Shown here in pieces: positions 26,801 to 38,863 of a stretch of 64,000 bases of DNA (within the stretch, counting starts at the first letter, position 1; each line of letters begins with the position of its first letter). Source of the DNA: Octopus bimaculoides. Its lineage: Eukaryota. The notes below the pieces were generated by a model. It did not search any database and was not told the origin of the DNA. It saw only the letters and a program-made list of their open reading frames with translations. The stretch covers positions 43,813,731 to 43,877,730 of the forward strand of contig NC_068984.1 of the NCBI RefSeq assembly GCF_001194135.2, written 5' to 3'. Position numbers and translations under genes: made by a program.

Positions 26801-26936
26801 GGGCAAATGGTGTTTTATGTTGGTGGTGAGTTACTAGCAGTTCAGACACATTTAGTTAAGTGAGGGACTTATTATCCTGAAACAAGGTTTGGATGCTGCA
26901 TTTAACGACCCTTTTCTAAAACTCATTTCTTTAATT

Positions 26937-26999
<63 letters not shown>

Positions 27000-27509
27000 G
27001 TGTGCGTGTGTATACGCACACATACAAGGAATACTTGTTTTGCTGATGTTTACTATAGTTTGTATGACTGTTGTTGCTTTATTGATGCTTGAACCATGTT
27101 ACGGAATACTAAACCTGATATCGAATGTTGTAGTGACGAAAGAGGATTACTGAATGACGCTTTCTTTATGAGAAACAAATAGTTAAGAGACTGGTAATAA
27201 ATACTTAATGTAGTGGCACATAGATATCAATTAACTGAAATTGTATGAAGTTACAAAGTAAAAACCTCTTTAGCTTTATCTGGTCTAAGTTAGTTAGTTG
27301 ACAAAACGTAGAACGAATCCTCTTTGATAATTTTAAATTCTAAATTTTTAGCAGTTTGACACCTAAAAAGTTATGTTGTGTGGTGTTTCATGCTTTCTTT
27401 ACAATATAAATGCAGTAATATATAATCTACAACAAGTCCATTACTTCTAAAATGTTTTCATTTACGAAATATAAAAGGATTGTTAGTGAATTACAGTGTA
27501 CTAAACAGG

Positions 27510-27891
27510 AGTGGAGGGACAATGGCCCAGTGGTTAGGGCAGCGGACTCGCGGTCATAGGATTGCGGTTTCGATTCCCAGACCGGGCGTTGTGAGTGTTT
27601 ATTGAACGAAAACACCTAAAGCTCCACGAAGCTCCGGCAGGGTATGGTGGCGAACCCTGTTGTACTCTTCCACCACAACTTTCTCTCACTCTTACTTCCT
27701 GTTGTGCCTGTAATTCAAAGGGTCAGCCTTGTCGCACTGTGTCACGTTGAATATCCCCGAGTACTATGTTAAGGGTACACGTGTCAGTGGAGTGCTCAGC
27801 CACTTGCACGTTAATTTCACGAGCAGGCTGTTCCGTTGATCGGATCAACTGGAACCCTCGTCGTCGTAAGCAACGGAGTGCTAACACACAG
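27510..27891 (+). mobile_element. Family B tRNA-derived SINE, full length, with 8-bp TSD
   Basis: Head AGTGGAGG..TGGCCCAGTGGTTAGGGCAGCGGACTCGCGGTC..GGTTTCGATTCCC. TAAACAGG flanks it at 27502-27509 and 27892-27899. The 5' end (AGTGGAGG) is the same as in the 3470-3852 copy. Confidence 0.9.
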
Positions 27892-28084
27892 TAAACAGGG
27901 GAGATTTTGCATCTTTGTTCAACCTACAAGAAATACTAACCGAATCTCCGTTTAATCAAGCACTCAGAATTAAAAACGAAATGGCACACGGAATAATGTA
28001 ATACTAACATAACTTTGATATTTTCATCGGTTCCTGCACCAGATATCATCTCAGTCCGCTTAAATGTAATGAATGGGTAAAATA

Positions 28085-28300
28085 TCGGATTCAAAATTTG
28101 GCACCAGGTCAATAGTTTCGGGGGAACGGGACAACTCAATTACATCGTCTCCAGTATTTAGCTGGTTCTTATTTTATCGACTCCGAGAGGATGAAGTGCT
28201 AAGTCAACCTCGGCAGAATTTGAACTCAGAACGCGGTTGCAGAAGAAACTGCTGCTAAGCATTTTGGCCGGCCTGCTAACGATTCCGCCAGCGGTAGCCT
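28085..28300 (-). mobile_element. Family A SINE
   Basis: aaaatttggcacc..ttattttatcgactccgagaggatgaa..cctcggcagaatttgaactcagaacg..ctaacgattccgccagc. Confidence 0.8.
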
Positions 28301-28554
28301 TAATGATTTGGTAAAATGTTAAAATGTTTAAAAGTTAGTTAACATCAATCTTAACTGAAACAAAGAAGAAAGAGAACTCAAAACATTTCTTTAATCAGGA
28401 GAAATATAAACCCAATAACAACTAACTTATATAAAGAAACCATCGTAAAAAAAACATATTGAGTATCGCCAGGAAATGAGATTTATTGATAATATAATTA
28501 TAATCATTATAATTGAATAATAAGAAAAATAATATGAATATCAATTTTATCAAG

Positions 28555-28557
28555 TTT

Positions 28558-28622
<65 letters not shown>

Positions 28623-28635
28623 ATTGTTGTTGTTA
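28555..28635. repeat. (TTA)n microsatellite
   Basis: A pure ttattatta run followed by ttgttg. Confidence 0.95.
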
Positions 28636-28640
28636 TTATT

Positions 28641-29075
28641 CTGCCAGCTGGTAAAATCGTTCACATGCCGGACAAAATGCTTCACGGAATTTCGTCCGTC
28701 TTCACGTTCTGAGATCAAATTCTGCCGAGGTCGACTTTATCTTTGATACTTTCGGGGTCGATGAAATAAGTATCAGTTACGCTCTGGGATTGATGTAATC
28801 GACTAGCCCCCTCCCCCAAATTTCAGGCTTTGTGTCTGTAGTCGAAAGGATTGTTATTATTGTTACAAGGCGGTGAGGTGGCAGAATCGTTACCGCACCG
28901 GGGAAAATGCTTCGCAGCATTTCTTCCGGTTTTACGTTCTGAGATTAAATTTCGCCGAGGTCGACTTTCATTGTTTTGGAGTCGAAAAACTAAGTACTAG
29001 TTGAGTGCTGAAGTGATGTAATCAGGTAGCTCTTTCTCGAAAATGTCATGCTATGTGCCCATACTGGAAAGGAAT
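28641..29075 (+). mobile_element. Two head-to-tail family A SINEs (~28641-28860 and ~28866-29075)
   Basis: Both contain cgttctgaga..aaatt..gccgaggtcgacttt..aagta..gatgtaatc. Confidence 0.8.
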
Positions 29076-29084
29076 AATAAAAGT

Positions 29085-29279
29085 AAAGACCCTCTTTGGT
29101 CATGAATGACCCATGGGATTGCACCTAGAAAGTTACCCTCTGAGGCACAAGTCCTGGAAGGTTTGCTTATGGAAGACTAGCAGTCGCACATGCATACCAG
29201 CCTCCTCTCTCCACACCGCTGATGAACTCCAAAGGAAAGGCAAGGGCCGATACTAGTGACGATACTAGTGACGTCGCAA
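29085..29279 (-). mobile_element. Family G SINE-like 3' portion
   Basis: aaagaccctctttggtcatgaatgacc..gcacctagaaagttaccctc..gtgacgtcgcaa, recognised from memory as the body of the element whose head-like pieces occur at 48617 and 62898. The link between them is an inference. Confidence 0.45.
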
Positions 29280-30983
29280 AAGGATTAATATTATTGCTAT
29301 TATCATTGTCATTAATTAATTATCATTGTCATTAATTAAGTATCTTTGAATCGTGTTTACCTCACTCCAATTAATTGAAATTGAAGCTTTCCATTAGTTA
29401 TATACGTCGGCTTGTTTCAACTAAAATGTCTTTACAACTGCAATCTATGCCGGCTTTCTGTCACTCTTCTTTGCTATAATCAGTAATCTCTCGCTGCCCC
29501 ATCTAGCCAGATGCATTCATGCAGATGACACGACAAAGATCCTTCTTTATCCCTGCTCTCGTACACACAATATCAATATGCCCCGGATATCCTTTGTGAA
29601 CGAAAGCCTTGAAAATATTCATCCCTGAAAATATAACAATTTGCATACGTTCCATAGCCCCAAATACGTATAATTTTCTTTGAATAGTTTCCTTTATATA
29701 GTTCTAGATACACTATGCTGACGGTCATGGCTGGAAGACCTTAATAAATCAGCTTAATTAGAGCTAATAAATGGCTAAATAACGACAATAATATCAGTAA
29801 CTAGAAAAACTAACTTTTGCTAAATGCTGTTCTTTTTCATTGTACTTGTGTAAAGTACAACTGTTGTGAGGTGAGGTATTACTACATGTAGTATACATTA
29901 TACATACACACAGTCTTTGCCTCTTTTATCCTCACTACAATGGTCAATGGAAAATGAAATTTGATAAAATTTACATATCTTCTTGCCACAGCCATGTCGT
30001 TCGTAATGTAGCTTAGCTTTTTATCCTGCATTTAGCACTTATTCTGATCTTTTCACTCCAGAAATACAGCCGTCCCCTTTCGAGCGAATGTCTTATCGAT
30101 TTTGTGATTCTATCACGCAGCAACCGATATGAAAATTAAACATACCAAGCTTTCACAACTCTCTAAATTCTCGACTTCAGAGATTTATAGGGTCCAGAAA
30201 AGTTATGGATATTTCTTTCTCTTCTCAGATTAAACGATTAAAAAGAATTAATTAAGCTTCCGGTGAATCGAGCCCACGAGGCAGTATTTATTCACTTACG
30301 TTTTTAAGAAATACTGCAAGAGCAGAAACTTTCATTTCTTCTCCCCTAAAATATATTGCATGAAAAAAAAATGCTGAAAGAAACTAATCTAATTATGGTA
30401 GTAGTGATTGCTGTTTGCGAAATATTGATAAACAGCCCAGGCGCTTGTGCAAACCTGTTATAAGTGGAAGGAAGCAACGAAACAATCTCACCTTATTTGT
30501 GATTGGCACAGTTCCAAATCAGTCCCTGTGCTGTTTAACCCGGTGTTATAGTTGCTTACACCAAGAAATCCGACAATAATTACTGCCATAAATATTGGAA
30601 TTAATATTGCGTGACAAAGAATGGAATAGATATTACCAACTGACAGCCACACAACAGTTAAAACGGTAACATAAAAGGAAGTTGATATAAATTATTCACT
30701 TTCCACTTTAACATCTTCCATCCTCCAGTGCTTTCATTCCTCGTTCTTGCTGTATCGCTTTCACTTTCTCATATATATTATGCACACAGACACATATTTA
30801 TACATACATACATACACACATACATACATAGACGCATACATAGACGCATACAGACACATATTTATACATACATAGATACAAAGATACATGCATACATACA
30901 TACACGCATACATACATATATATATGTGTGTGTATACATATATGTATACACATTCATACATACATACATACATGCATACATAC

Positions 30984-31020
<37 letters not shown>

Positions 31021-31095
31021 CACATGAATATACACACACATATATATATATTTATATTATATATATATATGTATACATGTATATATATATACACG

Positions 31096-31126
<31 letters not shown>

Positions 31127-31284
31127 GAATATACACACACATATATATATATTTATATTATATATATATATGTATACATGTATATATATATACACGTATA
31201 NNNNNNNNNNNNNNNNNNNNNNNNNNNNNNNNNNNNNNNNNNNNNNNNNATATATATGGGGGGCGTGGGAGTGGGGGTTGAGTG

Positions 31285-31432
31285 TGTATATGTTGTTGAG
31301 AAGCTTACTTTGCAACCTCATGACTTCGTGTTCAGTCCTACCGCCCTGCAATTTGGGCAGGTATCTTCTACTATAGCCCCGCGTTAACTAATGGCTTGTG
31401 AGTGAATTTGGTAGTCTGAAAATTATGAAAGC
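31285..31432 (+). mobile_element. Family C SINE head, degenerate
   Basis: gagaagcttactttgcaacc..ttgggcaggtatcttctactatagccc..cttgtgagtgaatttggtag. Confidence 0.65.
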
Positions 31433-32699
31433 TCTGATGTGAGCCTATTATAAGTGTAACCCATCAAGTAATGAACAACAACGAATATAGCTATTAAAAT
31501 CTGAAGGAACCTGACTCTTCAAAATACTCTATTGTCTATATTACTGGTATGCTGCATCATGAAATTCCATTCACGTAATGGTATGTTGAGGGCTACAATT
31601 TCTTGAGAGAATATTTCTAAAGTTGATATAAGAGATATAGAACTTCGTAGGAAGTGCAAGTTCAACCACAATTTGAGGAGTAGGAAAACGTTCTGCTTGC
31701 GGGATGCTTACAATTATCCGTGATGGTCGTTTTACACGTAATATTTTCATCTACACATTTTCTCTGCAGTATTGTAATATGATTTCACTTATATTAGTTC
31801 TAGCCACCCCCAATGCACACAGCGTGAGATTTCTGTATCCTGGCCAAAACTTAAGTTTAGTTGGTATCTCCACCTAGCTGTAAATATGTAGTATTGCGAG
31901 TGGGTGGAAACAGTACGTAGTTGAAAAAAAAAACATTTCAGTAGCATGCTGCACCGATAGTAAATAACACAATGGAAAGAACATGTTAAGAATAATGCTC
32001 AGTAGTTCAAATCACACAGCTGTATTGTGACTTCTACCTGCATTAAAATAGAGCCGACAAAATGTTACACCATGGGAGTCACTTGAAATACATAATTTTC
32101 TCACTCTCTCTTCGCACTCCTTTACATATGCACAACACCCACACGCACAAATATTAGAGCGAACACGTTATCTTAAACATATGATATTGCATCATATATT
32201 CCTATAATGTATAAGTATACATATGACATGCGTATGAGAAGAGCGCTGGCAAGACATGAAACATGAAAGAAGCTCGAACATCAATGACGGAAAATGAAAA
32301 ATAGAACTAGGAGATGAAATACAATTATGTTAAAAGGATGTGTATTTATAAAGCAATGAAAAATTTTTACCTAAATACTGCCAATAAATTTTAATAGATT
32401 GACTCACTTTGATGCATTTACAGTATTGTCAGTATTTGTTAAATACCGTTATTCTATCTATGTTTATGTGCAGAGAAAAATTGAGGCCATCTCGTTCACG
32501 TTATTGTTACCCTTTTGATGCGAACCGAATGAAAGAAGTATATTGTCTTTTTTTTAATATATACTATCCAGTTATATAATTAAATATTGTTACATACAGA
32601 ATGAAAGTGAAGTGAAGCAAGCCGATATGTATATATATAACAGCAATGTGATTTTAGTATTAAAGCAATTGACATACACAAATGTGGCCCGTAGACATT

Positions 32700-32954
32700 G
32701 GTACCTCATAACTTCCAGAAAAATCGAGATTTTTTTGATGAGATTTTCTACAAATGCACCTCAGATGATTTAGATTCAAATTATATCGTAATTTGTTTTG
32801 GAGAAAATTCGGGAATGGGGAGAGCAGTTTCAGAAAATAAACACTTGTCGGTTTTGTTTCCTCATAATTTTCGGAAAAATGGGGTATTTTTAAACGAAAA
32901 TTTCTAACATTTAAATTATGATTATATCAGAATTTGATGTGAAAACAAGGGTGA

Positions 32955-32960
<6 letters not shown>
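32700..32960. mobile_element. Non-coding DNA-transposon/MITE-like fragment with an internal direct sub-repeat
   Basis: cctcataacttccagaaaaatcgagattttt (~32704) and cctcataattttcggaaaaatggggtattttt (~32860), followed by (CA)n. Confidence 0.35.
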
Positions 32961-32995
<35 letters not shown>

Positions 32996-33737
32996 AAATT
33001 TTGATATAATCGTAATTAACTCACTCTGAATGGTATGAACACTTCACTCTAACCGGCTACTTTACGCCATTGCGCATGAGTTACCGGAAATCCATTATAA
33101 ACATGCAATTTAAAAAATTATGTTGAAGATACATGCATATACGTATACACACATGTTTGTATGCATATGTACACACACACACATCTAAAGTAATATTTCC
33201 AAAAGTTGTTTCAAGAGATATCCTGGCGGTTACCGTGATAACTCTTAGATCGTTTCTCAAAGTCGGCTAGCCACAACGAATGTTGGTGATGCCCGTTTAT
33301 TGATAATTTACTAGATTCGGTCATTATTCTCGCTTAGTAAATCCAAATGTCCTTTTAGGGACTGCGTAGTTTCCGTAAAGAAAATAATGAAATTAATAAA
33401 AATCAGGAGAACGGAGATTTACACATATTTTATTTGCATATATTTTATTTACACGGAAATTTACACATAATTTACACATATCCATTTTTTATTAAACAGT
33501 TATTTGCAGCATTCTTCCGTTGGATCAGTCTCACAATTTTCTTCAGATGATCTTCGAACAGCAGCAAACAACGGTCCCTGAAGAAGCTGTCCCGACAATT
33601 AACACCAAGATGCACACATAACAGTGTGCAACAAATGCAGCCGAAATATGCGTAGGTCCAAGGGAAGAATGCTGAAAATAACTATTTAATTAAATATGAA
33701 TGTATAAATCTCTGTATTCCTGATCATTATTAATTTC

Positions 33738-33778
<41 letters not shown>

Positions 33779-36203
33779 NNNNNNNNNNNNNNNNNNNNNN
33801 NNNNNNNNNNNNNNNNNNNNNNNNNNNNNNNNNNNNNNNNNNNNNNNNNNNNNNNNNNNNNNNNNNNNNNNNNNNNNNNNNNNNNNNNNNNNNNNNNNNN
33901 NNNNNNNNNNNNNNNNNNNNNNNNNNNNNNNNNNNNNNNNNNNNNNNNNNNNNNNNNNNNNNNNNNNNNNNNNNNNNNNNNNNNNNNNNNNNNNNNNNNN
34001 NNNNNNNNNNNNNNNNNNNNNNNNNNNNNNNNNNNNNNNNNNNNNNNNNNNNNNNNNNNNNNNNNNNNNNNNNNNNNNNNNNNNNNNNNNNNNNNNNNNN
34101 NNNNNNNNNNNNNNNNNNNNNNNNNNNNNNNNNNNNNNNNNNNNNNNNNNNNNNNNNNNNNNNNNNNNNNNNNNNNNNNNNNNNNNNNNNNNNNNNNNNN
34201 NNNNNNNNNNNNNNNNNNNNNNNNNNNNNNNNNNNCTTAGATACAAAAGTAACTAATATTTTCCATGGCTACGTGAACTGTATAATATTCCATCGTATTT
34301 AGTCAATTCGCTTCGGCTTTTAATATCAAAACCTGACCAATGTCTGATCTGACTTTTATTGCCTTTTTCCTGAGGCCGATAAAATAAGTATCAGTTATAT
34401 GCTATGTTAGGCTGAAACAACGAAACAACTTTTCTCTGCAAATGGTTTACCTTGTTTTCATATAAGAAATCAATATTAAATGAACCGTAGTCGTTAACAA
34501 TGTATTACAAATCGATTAAAACTTTTTGAGTGTTCAACTTGCTAGTGCCCAACCATGCATATCACAAGATAGCGATCGAAGAGATCAAGTGACGATGTCA
34601 TTTGAAACTGTAAAAAAGGAGACAAAGCAAGCAACATATAATTTAATCACTAAGGACAGTTTATATTTCTAAGTTTTCTGTTTATCTTTTTGGCGTTGCT
34701 GTTTATTTTAAACGGCGATGCTACTTTAGATAAGCAGTTTCCAGTTATCGAAAATAAATCCGCTGCACGTTTTATGAGAAACCTTTTTCTTTAATATACT
34801 TTATTCTAGGTTAGTTGCAGGTTACAGGATGAGAGGAAATAATATCTTAGGTCGAAATTTGACAGAAAAGAAAAAGAAAATGCATTGATACAAAGTTACC
34901 AAATGGTTCCAGTTTCCTTCACATAAGTGCTAATGGAAAAAATGTCAAGGCGTTATGAAAACATCACTAACATAACGATGAGTACCAAGCGATGATTGTG
35001 ATGATGATGAAGAGGAGAAGGAGAAGGAGGATGCTGATGCAATAAAAAGGACCTTTGTCATCATCATCATCATCATCATCAACACCTCCTCCACCAACGC
35101 CGCCACCGCCATCGACCGCTGTTCTGGTTAATGCAAATTGAAATATGTATTCTTTAGGGCTGCGGCCGCCAAAAGTTCGTACGTCGAAGAAAACTGTTCA
35201 CTTTGCAAAGCTAAAACATTCCTCGAGCCAATAAGATAATCTACACACAGTTGTTTTATCAGTTGAAATAGTGATCGGTTTCTTTCAAATCTCACCAACC
35301 GTCATCGTAAAGGAAGATAAACAAAATAAAAATAGGACAATCACAGCTGCATCGCTTTTATACCTAGATGTAGGCAATAAGGCTTGACCTAAGGCTAATC
35401 ATTCACAAAATATGCCTGTCAGTCATAATATCCAGTTAGAGGTGTAAACATAGCCCAAAAACAGCCAGAAGCCATTGGTTGCTATAAAATATAAAATGTT
35501 TAAGTCGTGGTATACCGATATAAACATTTCTCATGTGATTTAAATAGTCTCACGATTTAAAACAATAAGTTAAAGTAATGCGGTGTTTCTCCAGAGAATC
35601 AGCGAAGTGAAGCAAGGCAAAAAAACTTAATGTAGAGTTTACAAATGCGGGGAGTAATAAAATGGTAACTAGAAGTAAATATGCAGAGAGGGAAACACCG
35701 AATCGTTAGTCAATGATGAATAACTCGATACACGTAATTGAAACAGTATTAAATTAAAATAATCTCATACGTATCAGAATTAACGTATGTACACCGTTGG
35801 GAGGCATGATGCATGGGATTTTCGCTCGAGACAAAATTTTTTAATAGACATGCTGTATTAGAAACACAATATATATCGGAGTGACACGAAAAATCACCTC
35901 GGCATTGATTCATGAGAACGCCAGAAGCATTTCAGACTTCTTGGTACATGTCAATAACATGTACTCACTAATCATATGCCTAGACAGGCTGTTCGTAATA
36001 CCAATGTGTTTATTATTGACTGTTCTCTGATTTTTGAGGAGAGAGTTTTCATCTGAATTACTTGTCAGTTGAACTAGTGTGAAAAAAATGCCTGAGCATT
36101 CCATATGCGTAAGTAACATCAATGTATATTCCTCAGGCAAAATTAGCCTAATACGTTGTGTAGCAAAGCTGTACATTTGCGTTATAGGTACATTGCATCT
36201 TGT

Positions 36204-36400
36204 GATGGAGTATGGCCTAGTGGTTACGGTGGCGGAGTGGTTGATGCACTTCGATACCTGACGTGTGGTACCCCGTGCACCTATTCAGACAACATTGATT
36301 GGATGGAGGGAGTGAGATGATGTACAACACATATATTTGACCACTTTAAACAAACCATTTACGCAGGTTGTTCAGCAAGAGATTGCAGAACCGTCTTTCT
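36204..36400 (+). mobile_element. Degenerate tRNA-headed SINE-like element
   Basis: A-box-like TATGGCCTAGTGGTTA head, followed by a body ending ggttgttcagcaagagattgcagaacc. Confidence 0.45.
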
Positions 36401-36489
36401 CAGAATGTGAGAGATTACTGTCATGGCGATATATCTTACAGCCGTCTATACCGTTTCGTCTGCCCATTTCCACATACAAAATATAATTC

Positions 36490-36577
36490 GATCTGAGGTA
36501 GTAGAAAACGTGATCGAATCTGGCAGCTCGGCGTTGTGAAGCGAGCATCTTAACCGTTCGGTCACACTGCGCCTTCA
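36490..36577 (-). mobile_element. Isolated tRNA-like SINE head
   Basis: The minus strand reads ggcgcagtgtgaccgaacggttaagatgctcgcttc..gattcgatc, with degenerate A and B boxes. Confidence 0.4.
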
Positions 36578-37547
36578 TACACGTTCATACGTATAAACAC
36601 TGGGCATGTGATCAAATATTTTAGTGTTATGTTGTAATCAACGCATTCAATCTAGCTTTGGACAGGTACTTATTTTATGTAGCATGTCAGGAAGAATCGT
36701 CAAATTAAACAACTGGCAGGGATCTAAATGTAAATACGGTAAACATTTGGTTCGAGTCTTTACCGCTTCTGCAATCCGAATCATATTAGGAACAACAAAG
36801 ACGACGTTGTTGTGGTTGGTGAGGGCGGTGGCATTGGTGTTGGTGTTGGTGGTGATGGTGGTGGAGGTGATGGTGATGATGAGGATGATGATCATGATGA
36901 TGATCATGATGATGATATATTTAACGAAAATTCGATGATTAGACTGGTAAAGATAAGCGAGAAATGTAATCATGGAAATAACATATAGGAACAGGTATCC
37001 GAAAATAGACACCAGATGAATGTGTGAACTATAACGGGATCATGGCATGGTATATATATTCTCAATGTCAATAAGCCTAGATTAATCAGAAGATAATAAT
37101 CAGACATCGAGAAAGGAAGTTAACACATTTGCCGACGGATAGATATTTATAAGAACGGAAATAGGCTTGGCTATTCAGAATTTTCCATGTTTAATTATCT
37201 ACGTAGCTTCAGCTCCTCCCATTACCTATAACTATTACACCATATGTATAGTCAGTGACTCATAATGAAAAGTATGCTCTTTATAACATAAATTTCGTGT
37301 AATTCTAAGTACCATTTATAATTTTACATTCTCCAGAAATGCTGCGCTATTGAGAGTTAACTGTAGAATTTTATTCACTCAGTCAATCAATCAGTTAATC
37401 AATCAACTCAGCCTTTGTTCTCTCGCTGGAAAGAAAAAGAAGACTTGCGCTTATCTCTCCATTATTTTCGGGTTTGAATGTCTAATACCCACATAATTTT
37501 AGTCGAATCTATCCAAGTTATCACATTATATCGGTGGCATCTTTGAT

Positions 37548-37800
37548 TCATTTGCGGTCTCTGAAGATCCTATCCACTCGCGTTTTCATACACCGGTGTT
37601 CAGTTATCCAGTAGATGCGTCTGACACAAATCTTTTTCAACAAGTTTAGAAATTGTTTCGTTCTGTTTGTTTGTAGCTCCAATCTGTTCTGTTGATTCCT
37701 TTCCGAATTATGCCAAGGATGTATTCTCAAGCATGTTGAAGCAGTTCTTTCCTTTCATCTTAGGTCTTTTTCCAGGCTCCATGCTTCCATAAGAAATTGT
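37548..37800 (-). mobile_element. Possible RTE-like LINE C-terminal remnant
   Basis: MEAWSLEKDLR*KERTASTCLRIHPW..RRIYWITEHRCMKTRVDRIF loosely follows the RTE pattern ExWTL..LRxI.W..LxWxGH..R..xxIF. Confidence 0.3.
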
Positions 37801-38206
37801 TAGTTTGACTCATTTGTAGAAATTCATCTTTTAAGACTTCAGGGCATTCTGCTGTTAAAAACAGAATTTAGGTTGGCCAAAGTAGATGTAATTTTTTGCT
37901 ACATGAAACGATAAAAGGGTTAACATTTGTTGGTATTAGATTGGACTGTTTACTCCTACAGAAGATCTGTCACCGCTGTAGTCCCTCACTAACCCCAGTA
38001 ACACTCAAATGCTACAAACTGATGTCGTTAAATAATATTCCGGTCTCCAGGTATAGCGGCGACAGCTGTCAACCAACACCTTGTCCGACTACGTGGACCT
38101 GAAAACAAAGATATGATTCGTTGTTGATGCTCACCCTATAACATCACGTAGTCTGAGTTGACCAACAGAACTCTAACATCTAGAAGCCATCTGAAATTGA
38201 TTAAAT

Positions 38207-38863
38207 TTACTCAATAAAATCGCCATTGGCTTTAACCACGGTCTCCAGACGACTTCGGAATCTTCTGGACGGTTTGCTTGTTTAAGTGGGTGAATGCTAT
38301 CATAATCCTTACCCTCAGATCATCTTTGGTGTTACAAAGAGTTTTGTTGGTTTCTCGCACCCCACACATAATCAAGGGGGTTGCAGTCTGAGCAGTTAGG
38401 TGCCAGATGTTAGGGTTGATGTGGTCGCAGACATTGTCTGACAGCCATGACTGGGTTCTCCTGCTTGTGTGGCATGGTGCTGAGTCCTGTTGCTAGACAT
38501 AGGACCTTCCAGCACCCACCTTCTTGACTACCTCCTCCAGGCACTTGATGTAGGCCTCTGTGTTGACTCTGAGTCCGTGTAGGAAGATGAATAGAGGCAT
38601 AACGTCGCCATCACTAGTGTTAATTCCAAACACCATGATGTTGAATGTATGTTTTATTTTTATTACTCTCGTTACATGTCCTCAGATTGCACTGTGCTCA
38701 GATTGACACCCAAATACTCTGAAATGTTCGTATTGGAGCTTTCGGCGCGAATTCTAAGCAGTACATCATGTTGTTTTCAAATTTCTGGCAGAGTGAATTG
38801 CGTCATGGTGCTATACATGAAATTTAAAATATAAAATGGCGACAATTTACCCATCGCACCCCG
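38207..38863 (-). mobile_element. Tc1/mariner-superfamily DD37D (maT-like) transposon, internally deleted, one end missing
   Basis: The 5' end begins after TA at 38864-38865 (TA|CGGGGTGCGATGGGTAAATTGTCGCCATTTT). ATG at 38806 gives MTQFTLPEI*KQHDVLLRIRAESSNTNISEYLGVNLSTVQ (HTH-like). After the deletion come NIMVFGINTSDGDVMPLFIF..QQDSAPCH..W(P)PNCSDCNPLDYVW, with 37 residues between the last two Ds once a 1-nt frameshift is corrected, and RFRSRLETVVKANGDFIE*. Confidence 0.85.

Noticed and set aside
30990-31200. ~101-bp AT-rich tandem duplication
   Set aside because: It is low complexity and directly adjacent to an N gap, so it is likely a contig-end overlap artefact.
31771-31824. Possible exon encoding MISLILVLATPNAHS after a good acceptor
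   Set aside because: The signal-peptide resemblance is weak, the donor is moderate, and there is no supporting downstream exon.
35910-36176. 88-aa minus ORF, and a plus-frame LIICLDRLFVI resembling a GPCR DRY region
   Set aside because: The plus frame stops about 10 codons later, with no further transmembrane pattern or convincing splice sites.
3470-36577. tRNA-like A/B-box sequences as tRNA genes
   Set aside because: Each continues into a repeated SINE body, some with TSDs, and I could not form a full cloverleaf.
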